Shown: positions 26,916-37,016 of the stretch, in pieces | Layout of the letters: each line of letters starts with the position of its first letter | Position numbering within the stretch: position 1 is the first letter of the stretch | Source: a virus | Taxonomy: Duplodnaviria > Caudoviricetes | Strand: one strand, 5' to 3' | Length of the DNA stretch: 61,793 nt | IMG/VR virus record: IMGVR_UViG_3300042914_004341 | Span: 1-61,793 of that record | The notes under the pieces: generated by a model | The model's input: only the letters and a program-made list of their open reading frames with translations | Told to the model about the DNA's origin: nothing | Database searches by the model: none | Position numbers and translations under genes: made by a program

Positions 26916-29345
26916 ATGGGCTTCCGCAGCACAATCAAGAACGCCCTGGGTGGCGGCCTCCAGCAGACCACACTGGATGAGGCTGCGGCCCAGACGGGCA
27001 CCATCCCGCAGCAATCACAGGTCCTGGCGAGCGCCGCCGGGGCCGGCCCCGATGCAGTCAAAATGATAGGCACCCCGCAACAGACAGCCGGCGCCATCCA
27101 GCGCACCGTGCGCGCCGCGGCCCAGCCCACGGTGCAGGATACCCGCACGGCCATCGCCACAAGCCAGCAGCAGGGCGCACGCCCCGAGCAGTCCGCGCAG
27201 ATGACCCAGCCCCTGTCTGGCCTGCCCGCGGCCATGCAGCGCGTCTCCGAGCTTGTCAGAGAGCAGGCCCTGGGGGCCCAGGCCAAATCCGCCACAGACA
27301 CCATGTCCTTTGACCAGACAGCCCTGGCCCAGAAGGTCGGACAGGCCAACGTGGCACGCACCGAGGAACTTACCCGCAAAGCCCTGACCGGCAGTCTGTC
27401 CACGGTGGAGGCCGCCGAACTCACGGGCCTGCTCAAGCCCGGGGCCAAGGCCGGCGAAACTTTCAGCCTTGATGACCTCAAGTCCTTCGTCCGGGATGCC
27501 TCCACGGGCGCCCCGCTGGACGTGGCCCGCCAACTGCTGGGAAGCCTGGACCCCCAGGCCACTGCGATGTCCGTGCTGTCGGACGCGGACGCCAAGACGC
27601 TGGGCTTCGCGGGCGGGCTCGCGGACCTGCAGGCCGCCGTGCAGACCATCACAGGCAAGGACCTGTCGCAGGTCAAAGTGGCAGACCTTCCGGCAGCAGT
27701 GCAGGCATACAACATGCGCACGTTCCAAGACGTGGGCACCATGCAGGCCACACTCGCAAACCCTGCGTCGTCCCCTGCAGCCAAGGCCGCAGCCCTAGAC
27801 AGGCTCAAGCTCCTCGGCTACCAGAACGTCCTGACGGAACAGGGGCGGGCCGGGGACCTGCAGAAGCAAATCGAGGCTGGCACCACGGTACGCATCGGCG
27901 GCCTGCAAGTTCCCGTGGCCGAAATCACCACGAACCCGGAGCTGCTTGCCAAACTCGCGCCGGCCCTGCAGGACACGCCCGAGGGCAGGCTCGCCCTGGA
28001 CAAGCTCCGCGAGGCCGACCCCGCCCTGGCCGCCTGGGCCGAGAAAAACAAGCCGGCCCTGAAGCCCGTGGTACAGAACGCGCAGGACGAAATCGACGCG
28101 CTGGTGGACCTGAACAGACAAAACAGGGCCGCACTGGGTGGCGAGACCTTCCTGCAAAACCCTCTGGCTGCACGCCTTCTGGAAGAGGCCGGCATTGACC
28201 CGTCCGCTATGACAGGCAAGCCCTTCGACGTGGCGAAGTTCCCGGAGCCCGCGCGGACAATCATCCGCGCCCAGGTCGCCGCGCAGAATCTGGGGGACCC
28301 CCGGGCGCGTCCCGTGGCCGAGGCAAAAGTGGCGCGACTCCTTGAGGTCTATGACGGCCTTGCTTCAAACCCTCTGACCAAATCATATGCCCAGGACCCC
28401 AAAGTCCTGGACGCCATCGCGAGCCTCCCGGGGAACCCGGCGGACAACGTGAAGGCATACTCCGAACTGGCCTCGACCTCCGGCCGCTTCCGCACCGCGG
28501 CAAACGGCGGCCTGGCGGCACCGCAGACCATGGCCCCGGTGCTGGGCCTGGATGCCTCCGGCGTGAAAGCCGGCATCGCAGGTCTGACAAGCCCTGCCCT
28601 GAGTGTGACCCGTGCAAACCTGCAAGACACGCTCAAGCTCAAGGGAGACCCAGCCCTGGCAAACATGGCGACCCTGAACACGGAGATGAAACGCCTGTCC
28701 ACCCTGGCCGGGAATCCGAAAGCTCCTCTGGCAGACCGCCTCGCCGCGCAGGCCAAACTCAAAACCTACGGCGCCTACCTCAAGGGCCTGGACATCCGGA
28801 GCCCCGAGGCCCAGGCATCCCTGGCTGCCAAGAAAGTTCAGGACCGAAAGGTTGCCCTCAAGGAGCCCGCGAAGTTCAAGGCCATGCCACCCGAAGAAAA
28901 GAAGCTCACGCTGCTGCAGGCCCTCGACCCGTCCAACCCCGATGGCGCCAAACAATTGCCCGGAGTCTGGGGCAAAACTGACGCCGCTGGCCGCAAGTTC
29001 CTCTACGATGCCATACAGGCGGGCAAGGCCGACGTGGACCAGCTGGGCAAAGTCCTTACAGGCGAGGGCGACGCAAAAGACAAAGCCAAAATTGGTGCGC
29101 TCCTCCTCACAGGGCCCGCCGGGTTCCTTGCCTCTGCCACTGCAAAGTCTCTCATACAGAACCTTAAGGACGGCTCTGCCAAGGAGTGGGCGAAACATGT
29201 TGGCGGCGCTGCTGCCTCCGTGTACGAGAACATCATTGCCCCTGGCGGGCGTAAAGTTGTCGAGGGCGGGAAGGAACTCCTCAAGTCTAAAGTTGTCGAG
29301 GGCGGGAAGGAACTCCTCAAGTCCACGCTAGGAAAGGTACTCTGA
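26916..29345 (+). CDS. Putative internal virion (ejection) protein
   Basis: 809 aa, A/Q/L-rich helical, no Cys, follows the nozzle gene. Confidence 0.6.
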   Translation: MGFRSTIKNALGGGLQQTTLDEAAAQTGTIPQQSQVLASAAGAGPDAVKMIGTPQQTAGAIQRTVRAAAQPTVQDTRTAIATSQQQGARPEQSAQMTQPLSGLPAAMQRVSELVREQALGAQAKSATDTMSFDQTALAQKVGQANVARTEELTRKALTGSLSTVEAAELTGLLKPGAKAGETFSLDDLKSFVRDASTGAPLDVARQLLGSLDPQATAMSVLSDADAKTLGFAGGLADLQAAVQTITGKDLSQVKVADLPAAVQAYNMRTFQDVGTMQATLANPASSPAAKAAALDRLKLLGYQNVLTEQGRAGDLQKQIEAGTTVRIGGLQVPVAEITTNPELLAKLAPALQDTPEGRLALDKLREADPALAAWAEKNKPALKPVVQNAQDEIDALVDLNRQNRAALGGETFLQNPLAARLLEEAGIDPSAMTGKPFDVAKFPEPARTIIRAQVAAQNLGDPRARPVAEAKVARLLEVYDGLASNPLTKSYAQDPKVLDAIASLPGNPADNVKAYSELASTSGRFRTAANGGLAAPQTMAPVLGLDASGVKAGIAGLTSPALSVTRANLQDTLKLKGDPALANMATLNTEMKRLSTLAGNPKAPLADRLAAQAKLKTYGAYLKGLDIRSPEAQASLAAKKVQDRKVALKEPAKFKAMPPEEKKLTLLQALDPSNPDGAKQLPGVWGKTDAAGRKFLYDAIQAGKADVDQLGKVLTGEGDAKDKAKIGALLLTGPAGFLASATAKSLIQNLKDGSAKEWAKHVGGAAASVYENIIAPGGRKVVEGGKELLKSKVVEGGKELLKSTLGKVL
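29252..29323 (+). repeat. Perfect 36-bp tandem duplication
   Basis: TAAAGTTGTCGAGGGCGGGAAGGAACTCCTCAAGTC twice (KVVEGGKELLKS twice). Confidence 0.95.
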
Positions 29346-30286
29346 TGGCATCCGCAGCACTCACGCGCATCAAGCAAAACCTCCAGGGTCTGGGACAGAC
29401 TCCGCAGCAAGCCGCAGCCGCGGGCACTCCCCTGGCCTCGCAGCCTGTTCCGCTTGCGCCCGCAGGCGCGGCCACAGGCGGTCAGACCGGGGCCCTGACC
29501 CGCGCCGCCGTCGCCGCCACCGGCCGCGAGGCCGACACCCTGGCGCCCGCCCCCGCGGCCGACCTGGAGACCGCGGCCACATTCGCAGCCCAGCAGGAGA
29601 CCGAGGCAGCGCAGAGGGCAGCCGGCGCCGCCGCGGGCCGCGTGCAGCAGGCCGAAAGTCAGCTGACTCGCGGCATGCAGGCCGAGCTGGACGCACTCTC
29701 CGAGCAACAACTCAATCAGACCCACGAGTACCGCAAGCGTGCTACCGACATTGCCCGTGGCCTACAGCAAGGCCGGGCAAAGATGTCCTTTGCCAAGCAG
29801 AAGCTGGCTGCGGAGCAAGTGGGCTTCCTGACACGCATGTCCTCCAAGAAGTACATCGACGAGCTGCAGGCCGCGGGCAGGCGCAAACGTCTGGACTCCC
29901 AGGCAGGCTTCAAGAACGCCGTACTGGAAACCACCTTCGCGGACCAGGAGGACCTGCTCAAGTCAGACCTGCAGTTCCGCAGGGCCCTGGGCGCAGACGA
30001 CCGCGAGTTCAAAAAGTACCTGGCCAACATGGACCTCAACATGGCCCTGAATATGGCTGCAGGGCAGGTGGCCACGCAGGCCGCGGCAAACCAGTACACC
30101 GGCCTGAGTGGACTGGCGTCCGCAGGCGCGCAGACCTACGCAGCCCTAGGCAAGACGGACTCCGTGGGCAGTACCACGCCCGCCGCCTCCTCCGCGGACG
30201 TGGGCGAAAGCCCATTCGCCTACGAGGAAACCCCGGAGCCCGGTGTCGGGGATGGCTTCGACACCACAGCCCTCCCCAACGCCTGA
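29345..30286 (+). CDS. Putative internal virion protein
   Basis: A/Q-rich coiled coil, translationally coupled (TGATG). Confidence 0.6.
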   Translation: MASAALTRIKQNLQGLGQTPQQAAAAGTPLASQPVPLAPAGAATGGQTGALTRAAVAATGREADTLAPAPAADLETAATFAAQQETEAAQRAAGAAAGRVQQAESQLTRGMQAELDALSEQQLNQTHEYRKRATDIARGLQQGRAKMSFAKQKLAAEQVGFLTRMSSKKYIDELQAAGRRKRLDSQAGFKNAVLETTFADQEDLLKSDLQFRRALGADDREFKKYLANMDLNMALNMAAGQVATQAAANQYTGLSGLASAGAQTYAALGKTDSVGSTTPAASSADVGESPFAYEETPEPGVGDGFDTTALPNA

Positions 30287-30298
30287 CAGGAGTAACAC

Positions 30299-31156
30299 AT
30301 GGGCCTCAGAACACCCGCACAGACAGCCCTCGAATTCCCCGCCACGCAGCAGCGGCGCACGCAGGCCGCCCAGGGCCTGCAAACCATGACCGCGCCCTTG
30401 GGGCTCGCACAGCAGCCAGGCGGCCTCGCGCAGGCGGGCCCCCGCACCCTGGCTCAGGCGGGCGCACAGGCAGGCGCGGCCCAGCAGCAGGCCGTGACAC
30501 AGGCCGTGCAGCAGGGCGCACAGGAGCAACAGCAGGCTGCCCAGGACGAGCTATCAATCCAGCAGGCCCAGCAGCAGGACAGCCTGCGTATGCTCAAACG
30601 CCAGGTGGCGGCACAGGGGCGTGAGCTTGCCGGCATCCTGCAGACCGATGCCAACCTCGCCGAGGACGAGCTGTTCACACAGCAACTCAGGTTCCAGCAG
30701 GATGAGCTTGGGCAAACCATGCTGAACGAAAGACAGCTGGCTGACTACGCGCTGAACCACGCGCGGACGCAAGAGGAGCTTGCAAACTACGAGCAGGAAG
30801 TAAGCCAGGCCCTGGAGCGCAAGCAACTTCTGCTGCAGCGGAGTTTCGCCATCCTGAAGCAGGCCGAGGAGCAGCTGTTCCAGGCTGAGCAGACCGACGC
30901 CAACCAGGAGCTGACCCTGAAGATTGCCCAGGCCAGACAAAAGCTGGAAGAAGACATGCAGAAACTGGCCAAGGATGCGGCGAACAAGGCCGCCATCTGG
31001 TCCGCCGTGAGTACCGTGGGCGCCGCCGTGACGCCCATCTACCCGCCGGCAGGGCTCGCTATCGCGGGGGCCGGCGCCGTGGGCGGCGCAATGCAGGCCA
31101 AGGAGTCCCAGAGGGCCGCAGAGGAACGCCGGGCCCAGGGAGCCGGGGTTCAGTAG
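30299..31156 (+). CDS. Putative internal virion protein with a C-terminal hydrophobic Gly/Ala segment
   Basis: Q-rich coiled coil plus AIWSAVSTVGAAV...GLAIAGAGAVGGA. Confidence 0.6.
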   Translation: MGLRTPAQTALEFPATQQRRTQAAQGLQTMTAPLGLAQQPGGLAQAGPRTLAQAGAQAGAAQQQAVTQAVQQGAQEQQQAAQDELSIQQAQQQDSLRMLKRQVAAQGRELAGILQTDANLAEDELFTQQLRFQQDELGQTMLNERQLADYALNHARTQEELANYEQEVSQALERKQLLLQRSFAILKQAEEQLFQAEQTDANQELTLKIAQARQKLEEDMQKLAKDAANKAAIWSAVSTVGAAVTPIYPPAGLAIAGAGAVGGAMQAKESQRAAEERRAQGAGVQ

Positions 31157-31171
31157 TAGCCCACCCCCGCA

Positions 31172-31247
31172 GGCCCATGGTAGGATGCCCGAGGATGGGG
31201 GGTAGGTATATCCTTACCAAACTAGTTAAACCAAGCACTTAAGGCCA
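31172..31247 (+). repeat. ~75-bp direct repeat A (extended -10 plus palindrome)
   Basis: GGCCCATGGTAGGATGCC...GGGGTAGGTATATCCTTACCAAACTAGTTAAACCAAGCACTTAAGGCCA; near-identical to 32686-32760. Confidence 0.92.
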
Positions 31248-31263
31248 ACCAGGAGCGCACACA

Positions 31264-32658
31264 ATGGCAACCAAACCGGCAGGCAAAAAGAAACTCCTCA
31301 AGGGCATCGGCGCCGCGGCAGGCGTGGGCGGCCTGGGCTACGCCCTCCTGGGCGGGGACTCCAAGCCCGAGGAAATGCCCCCGGCGGAACAATCCCTGGC
31401 CCCGGAGGCTGGAGGCGCGGGCACGGTGCCCACCTCCAAGGAAAGCCAGTCCAGGTCCGCCACGACCCAGACAACCACCACATCCACGGGCTACACGCCC
31501 AAGGACATCAAAGCCCCCCAGCTGCCGGCCCTCCAGGAGCTTGGCATCGTGGAACCCCGCGACCTCGAAGAAAGGCAGAAGGAGCTGGCGGCCGCCCGAC
31601 GCACGCCCGAGGAGAAAGCCCTCTTCAAGAACCAGATGAAACTTCTGGACTCGGAAATCAAACAACTCAATGAGACCTACGCAGCCCGCCGTGCGGAGGC
31701 CAAGGATGCATCCGAGGCGGAGGCCCTCCGCGCACGCTGGGCAGGCGTGGCAGAAGCCCTGGCCAATGCGGCCATCACCATCGCCGCGGCCCAGCAGGGC
31801 CTGGCCCGTGGTCAGAACATCGTGGGTGGCGTGACCCTCACACGCTCAGACTGGCAGCAGGCCGTGGATGCCGCCCTGTCCCGCGGGCAGAAAGAACGCC
31901 AGCTCCTGTCAGGCGAGCAGCAGGACCTCACGGGCGTCCTGGAGCGCAAGCAGGCACAGCTGGAGCGCGAGGAGTCCCGTGAGTTCGGGGCCGAAGAACA
32001 ACGGGCGCGGGACGTCACGCAGGCCCAGCAGCAGGAGCTTACGGACGTGCGCCGGGAGAACCTGCGCCGCGAGGCCGCCAAGCCTGAACAGGAAGCCTCC
32101 AGGGCCAAGACCCAGGCGCAGCTTGAACTGGAGGCCGCCAGGGCCACGGAGCAGGCCCGTGCAGGTGCCGCACCCCGCACTTCAACCACAACAACCGTCA
32201 CAGAACGGAGCGGCGAAGAAGAAGGCATCGCAGCGGCGGGAACCCGTGCAGCAGCCTCCGAAAGGGCCCGCAAGGAGAAGGCTTACAGCAACCTGGAAGG
32301 CGCCGTCGAGGGCCTGAAGGCCAAGGATAATGACCTCAACAGACAGGAGGTAAGGAAGTACGCCGCGGAGCTTGGCGTCCCGGCGGCCAAGATTGACCAG
32401 CTCATGGACGAGACCACGGGCGAGGGCTTGTGGAACCTGGCAGAGGGCTCCAAGGTGCGGGCCATCCTGGATGCCTACAATCCACGGCGGGCCGCCGCGG
32501 CGGCCGCCGCCCCCGGAGGCCAGCCTGCACAGGCCCCGGCACCCGTAGCCCCCGCGCAGGTGAAAGTCCGCCGCAAGGGGACAGACCTCATAGTGCCCAT
32601 GACCCCAGAGCGGGCCAAGGTGGTGCTGAGCAATCCAGCTTACGAGGAGGTGCCCTAA
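31264..32658 (+). CDS. Putative internal virion protein
   Basis: RBS AGGAG; N-terminal Gly/Ala hydrophobic helix, long coiled coil. Confidence 0.6.
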   Translation: MATKPAGKKKLLKGIGAAAGVGGLGYALLGGDSKPEEMPPAEQSLAPEAGGAGTVPTSKESQSRSATTQTTTTSTGYTPKDIKAPQLPALQELGIVEPRDLEERQKELAAARRTPEEKALFKNQMKLLDSEIKQLNETYAARRAEAKDASEAEALRARWAGVAEALANAAITIAAAQQGLARGQNIVGGVTLTRSDWQQAVDAALSRGQKERQLLSGEQQDLTGVLERKQAQLEREESREFGAEEQRARDVTQAQQQELTDVRRENLRREAAKPEQEASRAKTQAQLELEAARATEQARAGAAPRTSTTTTVTERSGEEEGIAAAGTRAAASERARKEKAYSNLEGAVEGLKAKDNDLNRQEVRKYAAELGVPAAKIDQLMDETTGEGLWNLAEGSKVRAILDAYNPRRAAAAAAAPGGQPAQAPAPVAPAQVKVRRKGTDLIVPMTPERAKVVLSNPAYEEVP

Positions 32659-32685
32659 GCAAGGTTCCCCTGGCCCGCCGCGGCG

Positions 32686-32760
32686 GGCCCATGCTAGGAT
32701 GCCAGGAGGTAGGGGTAGGTATATCCTTACCAAACTAGTTAAACCAAGCACTTGAGGCCA
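32686..32760 (+). repeat. ~75-bp direct repeat B
   Basis: GGCCCATGCTAGGATGCC...GGGGTAGGTATATCCTTACCAAACTAGTTAAACCAAGCACTTGAGGCCA. Confidence 0.92.
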
Positions 32761-32765
32761 CCAGC

Positions 32766-35700
32766 ATGTCAGAGCAGACCGACGCGGATGCACTATTCGA
32801 GCAAGCCCTCCAGGAGGCCAAAGCCTCCCTACCCAGCGCCACCGAGACCACAGCAGCCGCCCCCGAACCATCCGCGGATGACCTCTTCAACCAAGCCCTG
32901 GCACAGGAAGAGGCGGACAAGGCCGGCCGCGCCCTCATCCCCCGCAAAGAAATCGACGCCATCGCCCAGAAATACGGCGCGGACCCTCAGGCCCTCTGGG
33001 AATCTTCTGCTTATCTAGGTAATACGCCCGAGTCCATCACCGCGGACCCGGCCCAGTCCGCCCGCGAGATTGCCGGCTTCGTGGGCCGCACTTTCGCCTT
33101 AAATGTGCCCCAATTCATCATGAAGAAAATGCAAGAGGAGCCCATGCGCAAAGCCCTGGATGAAGTCCAGGCGCTTGCACAGGAGCGCCAGCCCCTGGCC
33201 GACACCCTGGCTGAGACTGCCGGCGCCGTCGTGGGCTCCGTGGGCCTGGCCAAGGGCGCAGGCAAGCTGGCCGAAAGGGCCGGCATCAAAGCCGCCCCAG
33301 CCCTGAAGGAAGCCTACGAGGCAGCATCTGCCGTGGGAGGCGCGGCCACGCAGGCGGCGGCGACGTCCAAGGAAGGCGAGGAGCTTGAGGAGGCCGCCAA
33401 GGGGGCCGCCCTGGGCGGCGTGTTCTACGGGGCAGCCCGGGCCATAGGTGCGCTGCTCCCGCCGCGCGTAACCTCCAAAGTGGGTGATGACGCCATGCAG
33501 CAAGTGGAAGCCCGCGTAGCCCAGCAGGCCGAACAGGAGACAGCCGAGGAGGCCGCGGAGCGTGCTTTTAAACTGGCGGAATTGGACGAGCGCATCGCAG
33601 TCCGGGCCGCCGACGAAGTAGGCACCTCCCGCGCACTGGAGGAGGCCCTCCCAGACGCGCTCCTAAACACCCTGCCCGACGATGTGCCAGCAGACTCGGC
33701 CAGACTCGCGAGACTTATTCTGAAGGACGACGCCGGCATCCGGAAGCTCGCCGTGGAGGCAGAAGAGCGCCTCCAGAAGTTGGGACTCCAGGAAACCCTG
33801 GACAACCTACCAGAGGACCCCATCCTCCGGGCCAATACCCTAGCTGCCACGGAAGTTACCGAGGACCTCAAAGCCGCAGCACGTTTTATCTCAGACAGAT
33901 ACTCCGCCGGCAAACGTTTCTCGGGCTCCGCCGCGGATGCCTTCAAGGTCCTGCAAGATGTGGCCGCCGTAGAGGGCGACGAGTTCGTACGCAACGCCGT
34001 CCAGCGCGGGCGTACACTCCGCAGGGCCGAACAGATTGCCCTGTCCGAAGCCTACGTGCCTATCAAGCAGGCTCTACAAATAGAGGGCGAAGCTACCACG
34101 CTCGGCGACTTCGGAAAGAATTTCCTGGACGGCCGTGCCGTGGCATCAGGCTTCGACTCCAAATACGGGACCAACCTGACCCGGGCTATGGATGAGTTTG
34201 CCACGATGCATAACTATATGACCCAGCATGTGGCATCTCTGACACCTGACCTGGAACAGCTTATCAAGCGCACAAATGAACTGGGCGTAGAAGACCAGGT
34301 ACTTTACGCCGCCCTAGACAAGGGTACGGATTTACCCCTACCAAAAGACACAGAGGAATCCCTCAAGCCTATTGCAAATAAACTTCTCCAGGACTGGCGT
34401 AAGTTTTTTGAGACCGTTCGGCAGGAAGCCAACTCGCTTGGCGTCAATATCACCAAGCGGGACAACTATGTCCCGCACAAGGTGCTCCCAATGCGGGACC
34501 TAATCCCACGCCTCCAGGGGGCCATCGACACAGTGCGCAAGGAAACAGGCGTAGACCTTACGCGCTACACCCAGTCGCAGTACGAGCAAGTCAGGAACAA
34601 TGACACCTTCCGCCAGCTCAAGGAAAGCATGGAGTATCTGACAGGCGAGAAGATGACCACGCCGGAGGCCATGCGCGGGGCCGTCCTGGACGCCATGAGC
34701 CCGAGCCGGGCCATGACCAAGCTCCGCAGCCGTGCCTCCTCCGCCCTGGAGCGTGTGGAGGACCAAGTGCCCCCGCTCATCCGGGAGTCCCGCGTGGGCG
34801 AACTCGCAGCCCGCTGGCTGTCAAACACCTTCAAGCACGCTTACCTCCGGGAGGCCGTCGAGGACCTGCGCCTGACACGTGACCTGCTTGCAGAGGCCGG
34901 AGACAAGAAGGCATCCACCTATGTCCACAACCTCCTGACAGACGTCGTGGGCGGCACAAGGCAAGGCACAGTCAAGGCAGCCATGGAACAGGCAAGCATC
35001 CGCTGGCAGGTAGCCCTTGATGACGTGGCCAAGAAATCCACAGACTGGCTGGTACAGAGGGGTGCCAAGGTCCTGGCCGAGATGCCCGAGGCCCTGCAAT
35101 GGATGAACTCCCAGGTCTACCCCGTGGTCCTGGGCCTCAATCCGCGGGCCGTAATCCAGAACCTTACGCAGCCCCTACTTATGACTGTGCCAGAACTCGG
35201 CTACGCCTACGGGGGCTCCAGGATGCTTGCGGCCACGGCCCAGCTCGCAAGTGACCTTCGCAACGGCAAGGAGGTAAAGGTCACGAGCCAGCAGATGGCG
35301 AACGTGTTCCAGCGTGCCCTGGGAACCCCTGTGAAGCCCGGACAAGTCGTAAAGGTCCCCGGCACGCCACAAGGCATCCAGCTGCTTCTAGACTCCCAGG
35401 GCCTGCTCGGAAGGCAGTGGGACAAGGCAAGCCAGGAAATCATGCGCTCTGGCATAGAGCAGGGCGTGGTGGGAAGCGTGCCGAAACAGATGCTGGAGAA
35501 ATTTAACGAAGCAAGTATGTACCTTTACGAGCGCGCTGAACGGATGAACCGCCTCACAACGTCCTATCTCGGCGAGGCCGTAGCACGCGACCTCATGCAG
35601 CCCGGCTCCTCTGCCGGCGCCGAGGAATTCCTCGGGGGCATGCAGGATTCCTACCGCCGCGCTATCACCCGGGCACGAGAGGCCGGCAACGCAGAGGCAG

Positions 35701-36266
35701 TACAAAAGCTGGTGACAGACTACCTCGTGGGTAAAACTATCTTCAACTACAGCCGTTCCAGCATGTCGGCTTTCGGTCGCTTCATGGGCCCGCTTTTCTC
35801 CACGTTCACCAAATGGCCGACGTCGATTGCCGGCGACATCGTGGACACGCTGCAACGCCAGGGCTGGGCGGATGGTGCCCTCGACCTGGGCGCACGCTAT
35901 ATGGCACCCCTGGCCGCCCTGCTGGCCGTGGAACGCATTGTGTTCGACGAGGATAGGGAAAACCCTGTGTACAAGACTCTCATCGGAAGCAAGGGTCTCC
36001 CAGGCTGGGCCCCCGTGGGGGCGCTCGCATCTCTGGGTGACGGCAGCCTGATGCAGCCGCCCGTGGTGTCCGCCGTGTCCGGCGCATTGTCCTCCGTGGC
36101 CAAGGGTGACCCGGAGGCATTCGTCAAATGGGCGGACAATGTGGCCCGTACCTACACCCCTGGCGCGGGCCTTCTCCGCTTCCTCGCCACAGACCTCCAG
36201 GCTATTCTGGGCGAGCAGCCAGCGGAGCGGAACCTGCCCGCACAGATAGAGAAGCTGTCAGAGTAA
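32766..36266 (+). CDS. Large internal virion / DNA ejection protein (1166 aa)
   Basis: Helical; RDNYVPH, GLNP.AVIQNLTQ, FNYS...FSTFTKWP segments typical of large podoviral ejection proteins; last structural gene. Confidence 0.65.
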   Translation: MSEQTDADALFEQALQEAKASLPSATETTAAAPEPSADDLFNQALAQEEADKAGRALIPRKEIDAIAQKYGADPQALWESSAYLGNTPESITADPAQSAREIAGFVGRTFALNVPQFIMKKMQEEPMRKALDEVQALAQERQPLADTLAETAGAVVGSVGLAKGAGKLAERAGIKAAPALKEAYEAASAVGGAATQAAATSKEGEELEEAAKGAALGGVFYGAARAIGALLPPRVTSKVGDDAMQQVEARVAQQAEQETAEEAAERAFKLAELDERIAVRAADEVGTSRALEEALPDALLNTLPDDVPADSARLARLILKDDAGIRKLAVEAEERLQKLGLQETLDNLPEDPILRANTLAATEVTEDLKAAARFISDRYSAGKRFSGSAADAFKVLQDVAAVEGDEFVRNAVQRGRTLRRAEQIALSEAYVPIKQALQIEGEATTLGDFGKNFLDGRAVASGFDSKYGTNLTRAMDEFATMHNYMTQHVASLTPDLEQLIKRTNELGVEDQVLYAALDKGTDLPLPKDTEESLKPIANKLLQDWRKFFETVRQEANSLGVNITKRDNYVPHKVLPMRDLIPRLQGAIDTVRKETGVDLTRYTQSQYEQVRNNDTFRQLKESMEYLTGEKMTTPEAMRGAVLDAMSPSRAMTKLRSRASSALERVEDQVPPLIRESRVGELAARWLSNTFKHAYLREAVEDLRLTRDLLAEAGDKKASTYVHNLLTDVVGGTRQGTVKAAMEQASIRWQVALDDVAKKSTDWLVQRGAKVLAEMPEALQWMNSQVYPVVLGLNPRAVIQNLTQPLLMTVPELGYAYGGSRMLAATAQLASDLRNGKEVKVTSQQMANVFQRALGTPVKPGQVVKVPGTPQGIQLLLDSQGLLGRQWDKASQEIMRSGIEQGVVGSVPKQMLEKFNEASMYLYERAERMNRLTTSYLGEAVARDLMQPGSSAGAEEFLGGMQDSYRRAITRAREAGNAEAVQKLVTDYLVGKTIFNYSRSSMSAFGRFMGPLFSTFTKWPTSIAGDIVDTLQRQGWADGALDLGARYMAPLAALLAVERIVFDEDRENPVYKTLIGSKGLPGWAPVGALASLGDGSLMQPPVVSAVSGALSSVAKGDPEAFVKWADNVARTYTPGAGLLRFLATDLQAILGEQPAERNLPAQIEKLSE

Positions 36267-36290
36267 CACCCGGCCACAAGGAGAAGCACC

Positions 36291-36470
36291 ATGGAAGCCA
36301 CGCAACGCAAACGCCTGTCCCAGGCCATCCGCACCATCACCCGCGTGCAGGCCCAGGCCGAACGTCAGGAAGCACGTAAAAGGACTGCGGCGGGGTCCGC
36401 TGGGGACCGCCGCCGCATGCTCCGGGAGTATGCCAAGGCCATGCAGGCCCTGGAGGCTTTCTTCAGCTGA
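36291..36470 (+). CDS. Small basic hypothetical protein (59 aa)
   Basis: Not in the track; RBS AAGGAG; MEATQRKRLSQAIRTITRV...EAFFS. Confidence 0.6.
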   Translation: MEATQRKRLSQAIRTITRVQAQAERQEARKRTAAGSAGDRRRMLREYAKAMQALEAFFS

Positions 36471-36759
36471 CCACAGCCACTATCCGATACCGTAGTGCCC
36501 CCGCTGGACCTACACCAATTGGTCTTTCCAGCGGCACAAACAAGTACACCGAGCCCGCTTCACTTTCGACGATATACATCTTTGCTCGGGTCAACCTTTT
36601 TGCGGATGGGTAGTTTGCCTTAATTTCCCTGGCAGTGAACCCCCGGTCCCAGGCATCTGCCGCCATGGTGTCGTGGTCACTACTGAGTTCCAGCCCCCAA
36701 GCCAAGTCTTCTTTGAATGCCCGCTGAGACCTTGCTGCTTCCATTATTCCGTCAGTCAC
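36463..36759 (-). CDS. Hypothetical protein (last gene of the leftward arm)
   Basis: ORF converging with the rightward arm; true start may be the ATG at 36744. Confidence 0.5.
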   Translation of the reverse strand: MTDGIMEAARSQRAFKEDLAWGLELSSDHDTMAADAWDRGFTAREIKANYPSAKRLTRAKMYIVESEAGSVYLFVPLERPIGVGPAGALRYRIVAVVS

Positions 36760-36794
36760 TTCGTTCCCTCCGTCATGGTTTTCCTTCGGAAAAC
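36755..36794 (-). repeat. Hairpin module
   Basis: Minus strand GTTTTCC-GAA-GGAAAAC then GGA-AC-GAA-GT-GAC. Confidence 0.8.
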
Positions 36795-36799
36795 GTCCG

Positions 36800-36976
36800 T
36801 CACTTTTGTGCTCGCTGAAAGTAAACCTGGAACTTCCCGCAATCCGGGCATCGCCGCCACATCGCCCGGTCCTTTTCCCTGTGCGCCTGGGCGCGGGCCG
36901 CCGCGGCCGATGCCTCCGCGGCGGACTCGTACGGTGTGTGACTGCACTTCTTTGGGCCTTTTGGGCGTGCGCTCAT
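36800..36976 (-). CDS. Small zinc-binding hypothetical protein (58 aa)
   Basis: Not in the track; MSARPKGPKKCSHTPYESAAEA...RCPDCGKFQVYF; GGGAG RBS adjoining the upstream hairpin module. Confidence 0.65.
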   Translation of the reverse strand: MSARPKGPKKCSHTPYESAAEASAAAARAQAHREKDRAMWRRCPDCGKFQVYFQRAQK

Positions 36977-36985
36977 AGTTACTCC

Positions 36986-37016
36986 CTCGCTCCGCTCGGT
37001 CGCGTTCCTTCGGAAC
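36986..37016 (-). repeat. Hairpin module
   Basis: Minus strand GTTCC-GAA-GGAAC then CGA-GC-GGA-GC-GAG. Confidence 0.8.

Noticed and set aside
32766-36266. N4-like virion RNA polymerase to explain the GNA hairpins
   Set aside because: No recognisable single-subunit or DxDGD RNAP motifs, protein far smaller than N4 vRNAP, and hairpin orientation is inconsistent with gene direction
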